This document shows positions 36,208-49,300 of a stretch of DNA of 64,000 bases, piece after piece. Origin of the DNA: Tubulanus polymorphus (lineage: Eukaryota; Animalia; Nemertea). The stretch lies in contig NC_134026.1 in NCBI RefSeq assembly GCF_964204645.1, positions 23,408,150 to 23,472,149 on the forward strand, read 5' to 3'. Each line of letters opens with the position of its first letter. Position 1 is the stretch's first letter. The notes below the pieces were generated by a model. It was not told the origin of the DNA. It worked only from the letters and a program-made list of their open reading frames with translations, and made no database searches. Position numbers and translations under genes: made by a program.

Positions 36208-39200
36208 TTATTGTAGTTGGATTGGGCGAAATAGCCTCGAATCCAAGTTGTCTTCTACTGGTCCTTCAGATGCTATATCGGGATGAGCATGCATGTGAAT
36301 GGTTGATGGAATCGAAGCACCCGGATCAGACATTCGCTTGTGACGCAATCGCTCTGGCAAACTAGTCAACATCTCCTTACGTTTTATACCACCGTCATGA
36401 TGTCGCCCTCCTCGATTGTGGAATGCCTGCTGAGGCAACCTGTTAGAATCACCATCTACAGGAATTGAAGCCAGTGGCTCCCGTGAAGTCCGTGAAGACA
36501 ACTTAGTTGATGTATAAGTTGTCTTGCTTAGCATTTTTTGTACAAATGGAAATGATGCCCTTCGATTTTGCAAATACTTCTGGGCCTCCTCAGGGGTTGG
36601 TGATAGGCTGGTTAAGCGGCTTAATTCGATGCTCGGACTTAAAGTAGTGATCCGCGGTCGCTGCGATAAAAGACCTTCTAAACTATGACTACGATTGTTC
36701 CCGGAGATTTTGTCCAACGATGCAGCTTTGTCTCGTATATGTTGATATGAGGTAGACTGATTCAGGTTCATGCGTGGTGAAATTTTCAACACATGCGGAA
36801 AACTTTGCCGGCGAACCAAATAGCTTGGGGTCTCGATTTTCGGCACGCTCGGAGGTAAACTATGTCTACGTAATTGCAATCTAATAGGCAACTCGGCTTC
36901 TACCTCATCAGGGTCTAATTTGTATCTTGTTTCGGTAACTATTTCTGTTTCACTAATTGACACTCCATCTGCTGTTACTAATGTCTCTGTCGAAATCACC
37001 GGGGAAAAATTTGATAAACATTCATCCAGTAAATGATGGGTGTTTTCTTTTTCAGCAATATCATTTTCCCTCGCAATAGATCTTTGTTTTTCTACCTCAG
37101 CTTCTTTTAGGACGTTTTGCCAACTCTCACGGTTTTGAAGCAAGTTATTCATCATCATCTCTCCCAGCAGCGTTGGTAGAAAACGGAACCATTCTTGAAA
37201 CAGAGGTCCTACGACGAACTGTATAAATCCTAAAAAGCAAAAAAAAGACAGTTTTAAGTAAATGCTCCAATTTTCCTCAGTAATAAAACAGCAACTGCTG
37301 TTGCTAAAGCCTGGTTATGATCATTGAATTTCAACACAAAATATGTATCAACCGACTCGATGAGTCACATATTGTTTGATAATGTGACCCATAAGACTAA
37401 ATATATAGTACAATCATACTATGCCCGAATACACTCAAATTAAGTTGTACAATGCCGGGTAATAAATTTTTCCCCAAACTATCTCTCTAAAATTTAGATG
37501 AAATTGCGGTGTAGATAGAAACGAGGATTTTTAGGCTAACATGATGGAAGATACACAATGAGCTGGTTAGATGTTAATAAAAACAATTCAAAAACGCCCA
37601 AGGTGAATTTTTCCATTGTTTGAATAGTTCTAGTTTGAATAGTTGAAACCCAAGCCCCTGTCATCGGACATGCAGAATATAATCGTTCGAATGAATATGA
37701 TTGATGAATCGTGAAATCGGATCAACTTCTCAAGCAAAAACATCATATCACTAACGACATTCATCAACATCAGGCAGTGGTGTTGGTAGATGCTGTGATG
37801 ATGGTGAATGTATGATCTGTTTCCACCATCGTTGACTCACTATTGATTTATGCAGCTCTTTTACCCTGTCTAAATCAGTTTAGGCTGTTATGACAATTTT
37901 GCGACAATACAGACGAAATTGAAGCTGTTTTTAGGACAATTTATGTCGCACCGAATATGATGTATTATAACCAATATGGACTATAAGAACAACAGTCAAT
38001 AGTCCAAATCAACGCCAGGGTGTAAATCATACTGCTTCAATTCTTTATCAATTAATCGATCAGACACAACCAACATTTTTGCCAAGATCTTTAATCTATC
38101 TAATAACACTTGGCTGTACACCAGCAGCAGCTTATGGCATTTGAAAACCAAGCTATTTTTAATAACTCGGGTAAAAGTTCAAAAACAGAATCAGATCAAG
38201 TGGCTGCAGGGAATTAGCCTGAGAAAATGTATACAGCATAGGAAAAATGAAAAAGATATATTTCATCTCATTAATGATGCTCATTAGTGAAAATCTGGCT
38301 AATCTTTTCATAGGAAGCAATGTATTTTGAAATTCCCTTCAGGTTCTAAGACACATGACACATCTGAAATTTGAGATATAACCTTAAGCTAGCAGTATCA
38401 GTTTCAAATAATCTGAAAACTGTTCATTATAACTAATCCTTTGGGAGATACATTTGAACAACACAAATGTTAACATTCTGAACGGTTAAGCTGTAGAGAA
38501 TTACAGAGAAGACATTTAGTATTACACATAGACCAGTAACCTAGAAGTATCAATCAATGATAAGAAGTAACACTTGGAAATGTTCACTTATTCATCCATC
38601 GAAACAAAGCATTCACCTTCATTCAGCGATATTTAAAGAAAGTAATTAGTGAAATCAGGGCAGGAGAGCACCTGTAGAGCATCAGATAGTGCAATAATAG
38701 AGGTATGAATTGGTAAAGAGCTCAATGCAAATTCAAGATCTGAACTGACTGATGCTTTTCAACTCCCCGGTGTAAACGTGGCCAGTTCGCAACCAAATAA
38801 GAATGTAATTCTTACCAGATTGAATTTTGGCAACTGTGGTATTATTTCTATCACAATTAGGTGTAACCGGAATACCTAACTTCTTCTCAAACTTTCCTAC
38901 AATGTGAAGAAGATTGAAATAGAAATATCAAGTCAAACAATGAATATGACCCTATGGGTAAAATAATGGAAACTTAGATCGCGTACAGTTTGATTCTAAA
39001 AATCCAAATTTACCTTGTCTGAAGAACTCATCGCAAACACTATAACTCCATTTCTTACTGAGTTCCCAATGGCGACACACATTGCAAATGTCAGCACATT
39101 TTAGCGCAATCTGAAATTCAGTTACATTTAGAAAATGATTAGATTTATGCGGTTAACTGATAAATGTGTACGCTTAAGGTTGTCAGAATTGATTGCTGAT

Positions 39201-42200
39201 GGTAAAGTTTTGCCAATGAAAATGCGTTCGAGTCACATCTGGTTACCGTCAATTTATTTTGTAAATGCATTGAAAAAGAAATCCTGCTCTGATAGATCAA
39301 TTTACATGATGACAATCTGATCAATTCAACACTGAAGGTGAACGGATTCAAATGAATACAAAATTCAATCTATCTTGCCTCCAACAAATTTTATCATTAA
39401 AACTTTATCGTTTCAATCGATAAACAGCATAAACATGTTGACATTTGATCAGAAGAACACGGAATCGGTGCACAAGGCAGCCGGTAAATCTGTTGTGCAA
39501 TGTATTTGAGATTATTCCAGGGAATATTTTCATGACAGTTGAAATCCCTGAAACATTTGTTGCCAAGGTAACTAACAGCATAGTGCAGCACAAAAAGAAA
39601 TTCCACATTGAACTAAACTACGAGGTACAAACCTGCATAACAAAATGCCTGTGGTCATCACGGGCTTTCAGATCGAAATCTTGATTGTCTAAATGCCTCT
39701 GAAAATACACAAATGAGAAAATATCAAAGGTGTGAGATTCAATGGTTATTTGAAAGCATCACTTTCACATAATAAGATAACATTAAAACCAACTTCATTA
39801 TTAGGCTTTAGGGGATTTGGATTACAATTATGAGGAAAATAGCTTGATAAATGCTTATATAGTACATGTATCAACATCAATCTGCTGAAGCCTCATTTTT
39901 CCAATTAATTCAATGAACATATCAATTAGACCGCTTAGATAGTACACTGAGTATTCCTAATTAATCGGATAGGAACTTTTCATCCCGAGTACAAGTGCAT
40001 GACCAAAGACCGATTTTGCAAGGATCTGAGAACAATTTGGTAATAACATGAGTTATCAACAGCATATCAGCGTGCAGACATAATGACTGAGTCGGAGGAT
40101 CCCAGGCAAAGATTCCATGTTGTTGATTGTTGCCATGGCGACCAGTATATCATTCTCGGCAGACAAGACTAATGGCAATTTTTCGTTCATGGCAAAAACT
40201 GTTATTACCGTCAAACCACGTATAGGAAAATATCATGACCTTTCAATAGGGGATGCCCCAAGTTATCTTCAGGCGACAAGTCGAAGAGTCCTTACAAGCG
40301 CAATTAGTTTTATTTAAATTTTACGATGCACACATTCAGAAACAGCTTTAGCATTCTAGCCCAATCAAAATTGCTATTCCAGGAAATAGACTCACTAAGA
40401 TTTTGAGATAGTAATGCAATAGCCATCGTGACAGAAATTCTGAGACTCGATAAGAGAGTTATGCACTTATCTAATGCAAATGCTTTCTCAGATGGTCAAT
40501 TGCAAATGAAAAAAAAAGGTATTATCAGTTCAACGCATCAAATTTCTGCAATTGTTTTCATGTATGGAAGAATTTTTCCACTGCATTATGGTGGCATTTT
40601 TGGTATTGTTTCTAATAATCATTTTCATATATACTAGCTCGAGGTCAGATTGATATATTGATAGTGTAGTGCAAATACTTGTGAATATTCCATTGGGTAG
40701 TTGATACTGTCTGGGAAGTTACAATAGAATTACATTTAATTTGTACTTCATTGAACATGATTCCTTAACTCCTAATCCAATTTTTTTTTCACAGACACCA
40801 TCAAGGTTTAGTGCAATACCTTGAACTGAGACAAGAATTCCTGCTGCCTGGTGATATCAGTAGCCAATATGAGTGACCGTAGTTGACATTCAAGTTTCTC
40901 CCTGAAGCGAAAAAAAGTGTCATTGATCATTATAGGAGTACACCTGAAATAACATTCTATATCTGGTAACATGTCACATATAAACGATAAACAAACAGTA
41001 TTTTGACTTGAAATATCATTTCATGCAGCGGGCTTAGTGATAATGCATGAGGGAACAGTTAACGGAGATTATTAAGTAAAGCCAGTATCGCATCGGTGCA
41101 GGCTTTTTCAAAAACAGTGCCATTAATACGCTAATGCAAGTTATGATGTTCACAGGTAGCCATTTCATATAGCGGTACCGATGCTCCCATCTATTAACCA
41201 AGATAAGACGCATTACATATAGCATTAGAACAGTTAGATGTGTTCAGCGTATTTCTGAGACTACACAGCATTTAAACCCGTATCCCAATTTGGGTCAAAA
41301 GAATAGTAAACAAGAAGAGTTATACAGTATTCATTGAGTACAGTAGAAACAGACACAGATATCGGTCTCACTCGGATATCGGAGCAAGAAATTCAGCGAA
41401 AGAATCCACTGAATTCCGATGAGCAGTATCTACATCTCGGAATAAATTATGTTAGATTACATGGAAGAAAAATAAATTGACTGGACATAGCTATATGATA
41501 GCATACAGCCTATTCAACCTTGCAAATAGCAACTGTCATTACGCACAGATTCATGACAAGTATTTGTAACTTCTAGTTTTTTTATCAATGATCTGCATAG
41601 CTATTTAGCCTAAATGACGATACTTCAATGTCATTTCCGCCCAAGATTTCACGAAAGCTTCTTATCTTATTTCATCATATCCGGGACAACAGTAATACAC
41701 GACAGTGCGCACACGGCATGGTTATTATACATATACATACCACTGTTTGGAGGTAAAATGATCGAATACGCATGACTCCTTTATTATACCTAATGCGGTT
41801 CTCCAGTGATGGTTTTCTAGCACCGATGTATTCTACAATAAAACAACACATAGCCGATTAGAAATTTACAAATTTACAGTACGACACACTTGTGTACAAC
41901 ATCCTTATTCATGAATTCCACTCCATAAAGCACATTCAATGACTAAATAGGGAGAAAAGCATCCAATAGCAATAGAAATATACAATCATATTTCTCTGAT
42001 CCTACAAGATAGAGATGATATTAGCTGCGACCCGGGACAATATCTTCCCCATATCGATAAAGCCAGATCCAACAGTCCAGGCTTGTGCCAAATGGGTCTG
42101 TGCCTGTTTGACATGGGGCAAATTTGAGTGACCAAAAATTTTCAACCAGGCCCCGTGCCTAATTCAAGCACAGGTCAAAATGATTCTATGTGAATGCTTA

Positions 42201-45200
42201 TTAGTTCTGGAAGTGACTCACAAGATGTGGTCCAAATTTGACTCTGGTCTAGTCCAGGTCAGTTTGACCCTGGCAAAATCCCCTCCATGGGGCTATGATC
42301 ATCAAGCAACACATTAATCTATGATTCAGGGACATTAATTTTGTGTATAACCCGTACCTGATATAAATTTGCCAAGTGGTTGTTGGTTGCAATTAGAAAG
42401 GCTTGGTTAACTCCAGGATGGTCGATGTCATGAGTCGCTGCTGACAACAATGCCAGCATAGTCTCCATCGGTGTGACGCACAGCTTAAGCTGAAATAAAT
42501 GAGAGAAAAATACATTTCAATGCAATATTTGGGATGAGAAACAGTGATAAATGATAAATGATCTTAATCATTTACTTATAATCAGTTGTCAGATGATATC
42601 GAATGCTAAACTTTTCAGAGTTTTCAGAAAAATAGATATGGCCCAATCGCGGCTGCGTTCCGTGCATTGTCGTCATCGCTGAACTATCTCTGTGTTAACG
42701 CATACTAATTTGAAAGTAATTTGTGACACAGTAGCGATGACGCCAGCTGTCACCTACGGCCTTCTATGATAGCGGAGAGTAGATGAAATTATCACCAGAC
42801 AGAAAAACGTGCGTTAAACGGATGAGTTGATAGTAATTTTCTACAATGTAACAGACACCACGCCGTCCCTGATAAATTCAAGTTAGATTAGTTCCCAGAC
42901 ACTGGCTTGATGACCAATGAATACCGCTATTGTTGGTGGAATAATTTCAGTAGGTTTGCCGAGTACACATTAACGTCTCCTGTGTGTCGACCATGCGCTG
43001 AAAATCTGTACAGAGACGGATAGATAGTTTCACCGAAGATGCTTTGACCGAGGAAAGTATCAGTCAGTCAGTACATTACACCATACTTAAACCGCTGTGA
43101 CATTAAAAGCATGTGAATATACATGCATGCTCCCTTCATACGAAGGACTTTTAAAAGAAGCTAAGTTTGTATGAATACAAAATATTGTGACTGTGAATGT
43201 TAGAATTTCTTGTTGAAGCAATTATTAGCCATCTATGTCTACGTAAAACTGAATACGTGATAATTTCTGACCATTGATGCAATTGTAAAAACCCAAAAAT
43301 ATCCCACACCCAGTTCTACAGTTATTGCTGAAAAATTTGATTTTGTTGAAATAAGAAATTTCGAACCTTTAACTGTGGAACTGGCTCCAAATGTTCAAGC
43401 ACATCATTTTGTTATTCAGTACACCATATTATCACCTACATATTACATTATTACTTTTTTCATCAACTTAAAAAATTTTAGTCTCATAGCAACAGTGACA
43501 ATGCCATGCATTCAAAAAGAATAATGTATCCGCAAAGTCATATGATAGATATGCAAAAACAAAAACTATGAAATTGGATAGAACAGATTTTGATTCTCAT
43601 TAAAAATTTCAGCTATTCAGATGCAGAAATTATTTCGACGTACCAATATGTTCCTCTTTTTTACAACATATTTTTCACCATGAATTGTTATTATCTTCAC
43701 AGGCCGCAAAAGCTTTTTTCTAAGCAATAGCTATGCCGAGATTTAACCAGGCACTTTACATTAAGTGTTTCTTTACAGACTTCAGCACCACAAGGAAAAT
43801 ATAATACTCCCTATTTCATAGCCGGCTTTTAGATCTGACAGGCATGTGCTCCCATGTAAATCCCTTTACAGGCAACAATGTGGATCTAATGTTGCAAACG
43901 CTAAATCAGACCCATCAAACCTCTCTACCTTTGAAGAGCTTAGGGGCTTAATTTTCTGAGTGACTAGTGACTAGCTATTATCAATGGGCAGACTCACCAC
44001 CGGAATTTTTGCACCATTTTAGTGAATTTAGTCTAAATGCAGCAAGCCATGTTTAAGCGTGATTTATCTGATCATTTCTCAGTGGAAATAAATAGGCTTG
44101 TATTATATTTTCAATCGTTCACGTTGTCATTGACAAACATTACAATTGTAATTATATAGAACTAAGGGTTCACTTTACATGTACATAAAAAACCTAGGTT
44201 CTTAAGTCTTTATTTTTTGTTCTGAAGTCTTTCATGGCTATTGAGGCTGTTCAAGATATTATTGGAATTAGTGTAGCTCAGCTTACTTTTAAAAAGTGGG
44301 CTCTAAGTTTCACGAAAAAGTTAAACTAAGCTCAGCTTCCCGTTTTCAATAAGCGAACTACTAACTTTTAACTTTTTCGTGATACTGGACCCCGGGCTTC
44401 TGAAGTCATTCATATAAATATATATTTATGAACATGGTTTAGAATAGAAATATATCTAGGAATGTCTTGCCTTCTGCATCCGATTTGTACGTTTATGCAG
44501 CACCTGATAATGAACAGATTAGAAAAATATATGATAAATGAATGGCAAATAGTTTTTCATCAGAAAATAACTACAAAATGGGGCCAAAGTATTCATATAC
44601 TGTGGATTTGATTTGGTAGCTCAGCCAAATATTTGATGAAAGAAAGGTTTTGTCACCATAGAGTTTTGTCAAATGTTTTTAGTAGATTGACAAAAATATA
44701 CGTAAGCAAACCCATCTTTTAACTACCGGTATCCACGGCATATGTAATTCTAATTTTCGATAATCAATATACTCATTCATAAAAATGACATAAAATGTGG
44801 ATAGGTCTTTATCCCAAATGTGTTGAGATTGGTGAAGATCAGTAAAGGAAGCCTTACTTTCAAACTTCAATCAAAAGCCAAACAACATACCCTAAAGAGA
44901 TTGACATGGCGAACCAATAAACCATAAATCAATCAAAGTAATACGCATTGGCATCAAATCAAACAGAATTCATTCTCAATATTTACCTGTGTATGTTCAT
45001 CCATATCAAAGAAATGAATGAAATTGTATATATTCATAAGAACAGAGAGACAAATAGAAATTTCATCAACCATCTTTCAGTTGATTGTTGCTTGCCATCA
45101 AAGACATGTCAGTGATGTTATACTGATGATTGAAAAGTTATCGTTTTTGATTATGATTAGCTTCTCTTTATCAGGTAGGAGGCAAAAACGAACACGTTCA

Positions 45201-46364
45201 ACCTTCATCTCAGCTGTCAATGGTAGCGTTCAATTCAGTGTGGTGCTACCTGAATATCAAAAATTGAAATATCCATTGAACGCTCTTTATAGAAGGTAAA
45301 ACGAAAAAACGTGTTCATTTCAGCTGTCGCCAAGAGCTTTCAATCATGATCAAAGGTGAATTTCGATTCTACGTCGTCTTACGATTACGGAGGGGGAATG
45401 AATTCCGCTGCATCTGCATGTATGTAATCACCAATAAATCATGAGATAATAACAAAGGCCGGCTAATCGTCAGCATGGTTGCGCTGCTGATAAATATCTC
45501 GGATCTAATCGCCACCAAACGATGAATTGACGCCGAATCACACGCGAAATTGCGGATGAACAATGCGGGTACAGCGCCGCAGGGGCGAAATTAACAACCG
45601 AAATGATGATGTATACCGGTCAATAATTAATGAGTCACGTAATTGTGAAAGTGCTCATATTTTCATTGGACCAAAGACACAAAAATGTCACCTGCATATT
45701 CATATATTGATTGAATTCGGGTTTTGTATGATCTGAACATAAGCTACAACAGTTTAATACGATCTGAGCTATGTACTGGTAAGTCACAATGATCTACTTT
45801 TTGTCTAGGCCGAAAAAAAGAAAAGAAATCATTAACACGTTGAATCAACAGGTGCTCATTTCTTAGAATGGCCGACAAAACTCGTTGAGTGCCAGAACAG
45901 GTGAAACTGCTGCATTATATTACAGACTCAGTGCAGAAAGAGAGAGGTGTTTTTTGAGAAAAAGAATCGCATGTTTTCACCATCTCAACATCCAGGCACC
46001 AATATATGAAGAGCACGTGAATACAATCTGATTTATGGTAGTTGCTTCCAATTTCATATTGCGCATTGTTCTCGTCATAAATTGTATAATAATAGGGAAA
46101 GCGTTACAAAAAGTATGTATGGATTTTGCATTTGAAAGGACTCATTTTCGCAGCATGAAAGCTTGCTTTGATAAGAATCAATAAAATGTCAGACTTTTCC
46201 TGCAGGTAAATTTATTACGCACAACTGGCCGACCTAGGCTATTATTTGCGCGAAATAAATTTCTCTTTGATTAGACGAAACGAAATAATGACAGCGACGG
46301 GCGGTGACTGTGGCTGGCTACAGCGGCTCAGATCACTGCACCGATAAACCCCAGATATCACTCC

Positions 46365-46395
<31 letters not shown>

Positions 46396-49300
46396 CTGTA
46401 GTAGTAGTAGTGGTCGCATGGCGTCATCGGTCAAATTAAATCAGCAATGGACTGACAGCGTAACATACAATTAATTCAAATATACACGATGAAAGTACAT
46501 ACCTGACTTTCTTGCAGATAGCAGTGCATAGCTTGTGTAACGTCTGCAGCATGTACGGCATGGTGGTAAGGATTATTACTATGGTAACTGTCTTCAATCA
46601 ATGCTGCAAAACAGGATCAATAGGTATATTACAGGGCTGCTAAAATTACGAGAGTGAGTTCCCCCCTCCTACCCAACTGCACTGATGCCACTCATCAGAT
46701 TGTTCCATGGGATTATGTACATGGCAGATTCCTTTTGTTGTCAGTGGATATCGAGTTCTATGGGGAATTTACTGTGAGCATTCAGATGATTCATGTACTA
46801 ACTGACAAGAACAGGACAGGAATGGCTTATAAATGCATGAACTTTTGCGAGTCCAAATTGGCATTCACAATGTACATTCAATAAACATTTGAATGCAATT
46901 AATATGAATTCAAATAGTAAAATTCATCAATTGATTCAACTTCAATCAAGTTAACATGCCGAGAGTTTATGTGAATTTATGCGGAGAACGAATGGCGCTA
47001 AGGAGTAGCATTATTCAACAGTGTTGCTAGTTTATCGCATTAAATAAGTGACATCATGATACGAGTTAAAGTCCCCTAAGATCTCTACAGAGCTGACAAA
47101 GTATTTTATGGAAATAAGTATATGCTGCGTATATGCAATGAGTACACTGACTTCATTAGCCGTGTCTAATTTTGCATAGCCGATCACTACATGGAGTAAT
47201 ATCTATATCATAAAATATAAAACATACAACTTTATAGTTCCAGTGGGTAACATTATCCTAATGACATGTTTGCATATCCCAATGAAGAACTAACTTTTCC
47301 ATCCATCCATCTATATATCAATTCTATAAGGGCTATAGTTCTTTATTTGAATCTGGTGACATAAGATAAGATTCATACAACTTTTAAGTGTTTTTCTAAA
47401 GCAGATTTGATTATGCTGCTAGAAAAAAAGCGATGGTTCATTAGTGAAACTCGTCATAAAACATCGATCAAAACTCAGTTCTTCATGGAGTAGCATTAGC
47501 AACATCTGCCAGGCAAAAATCGATCAAATATATCGACAAAATTTTCTATATCAAAAAAAATTGAAAGCAAACAGATAACCGGTTGTATCAATTTTCTATA
47601 GATTGTACATCGGTTCACACAGTACCGGCATATCATTATGCATGCTGCTAGTCGAAGTCAATTAACCTGTATTCCACGACCAGTGACCGTCACCAAAGTG
47701 ACCCAACATTTAGCAATGCCATTACACAGTACTGAAAACAAAGAGCAGCATCTGCAATTGCAGCATCAATTGATGTGTGACCATCGAACTAATGCACTTT
47801 TATTATTAATTTCCATCATAAGCATCAATGTTTTCATGGACAATTCCATCGCAAACACATACCGTAATACAATAGAACATGTAGAGAAGAAGGTCTTGGA
47901 TGTAGCTACCCACAAACGAGCTAATGACCAGATTCAAACTACTCCTTTCATCCCATTTATTAGCCATAAGTGTTGGCAAATTTGTCATTCATAGTTTCAG
48001 GCCTTGAATATCTAATTCTGTATCCACCTTTTCCAGGTGAATATCAAACATGGTAACTGGCATAATGTTTTTCATTATCATTTGACGTACTAATTCCATA
48101 CATCTTTTTCCACGTACAAATTTTCTATCATCCGTAATAGTGTAAGATTTTAGGATGAATAGTACACAAGCCCAAATATGTGCTCAACAAAGGAGCTGTG
48201 GCAAGCGCAAAAGCATCATAATGACCATATTGACATCTGCAGCATTCGCAAGCATTTTTTCACCTTGTTACATTCATTTGAATATAAAGGAATTCTTCAT
48301 CGCAAAAAATCCAGACCGAGGATCTTGTGAGGGGAAAATTATTATTTAGCTAGTGAGAAATAGTGAATGAAGCCGTTTTCCAAGAACATATCTGACACTG
48401 AACTTATGGTTTGATATTCTCAGTCGAGTGAACAAATCATTAAATATCGGATAGCCAAGGGTAATTTGGTCACTGATGAATGCTGCAGTCTCCCATAACT
48501 AGGTTAATCAGTCCACCAAAAATACCGGCTCAAAGGAGAAATTCGCCTCCGCCACAAAATAGCCACTGATTAGCCAATAGATATCCACATATTGATAGCA
48601 TTTGCCAGGATACATAATGCAGCTTCACCCAGTTTCCTCAATGGAAACTGATTTCATTTGGCCATGTTCACAAGACAGTTGTAACGCGATAAACCGGACT
48701 TCAGAAGACACCAATATCAATATTATCAGGCCAGTTTGTTGGGAGAGAATCACTGTAGCAGAAACGCAATGATATTTTATGAGAAAGTGCAAATAAAAAT
48801 TGGGATCAAATAACCTCAAAGTCCTCACTTGACTTTCAATAAAATATCTCACATTAGAATTCATTATGATTAAAACTTGGTATTGAAACAGGCGAACGAT
48901 ATTCATCTTAAAAAGCAAGTCCCTGTTGTGATGACATGAATGTAAAAAAGAATAAAAACAAATGAAGTGACATTAGATGCGACGCTTTCTGAATATACAG
49001 GAGGTGACCCGATGAAAGAGCTTAAATCCCAGAATAAGTAAAGCAATCGGAGGTTCACTTTCAAGGCCAGTCAGCCATCTTAAAAGGTGAAACCTCCAAA
49101 ATCAATCTTCCCAACATGATCCAACACCAAATTTCAAAGGAGTCCATCCACTGGTTCAGCCTGTATCTTACTCACAAGGATGTTTGCTGAAAAAGCTACT
49201 ATAAAGAACAAAGATGGCCATCAGGGAACCATATCGGAAGTCGGAACGTCCAAAATCAATAGGGGTCTTGCCTACGTGATCTAACATCATGTCATATAGT

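Noticed and set aside
46242-46427. Poly-tyrosine ORF
   Set aside because: It is the translation of the (TAG)n microsatellite.
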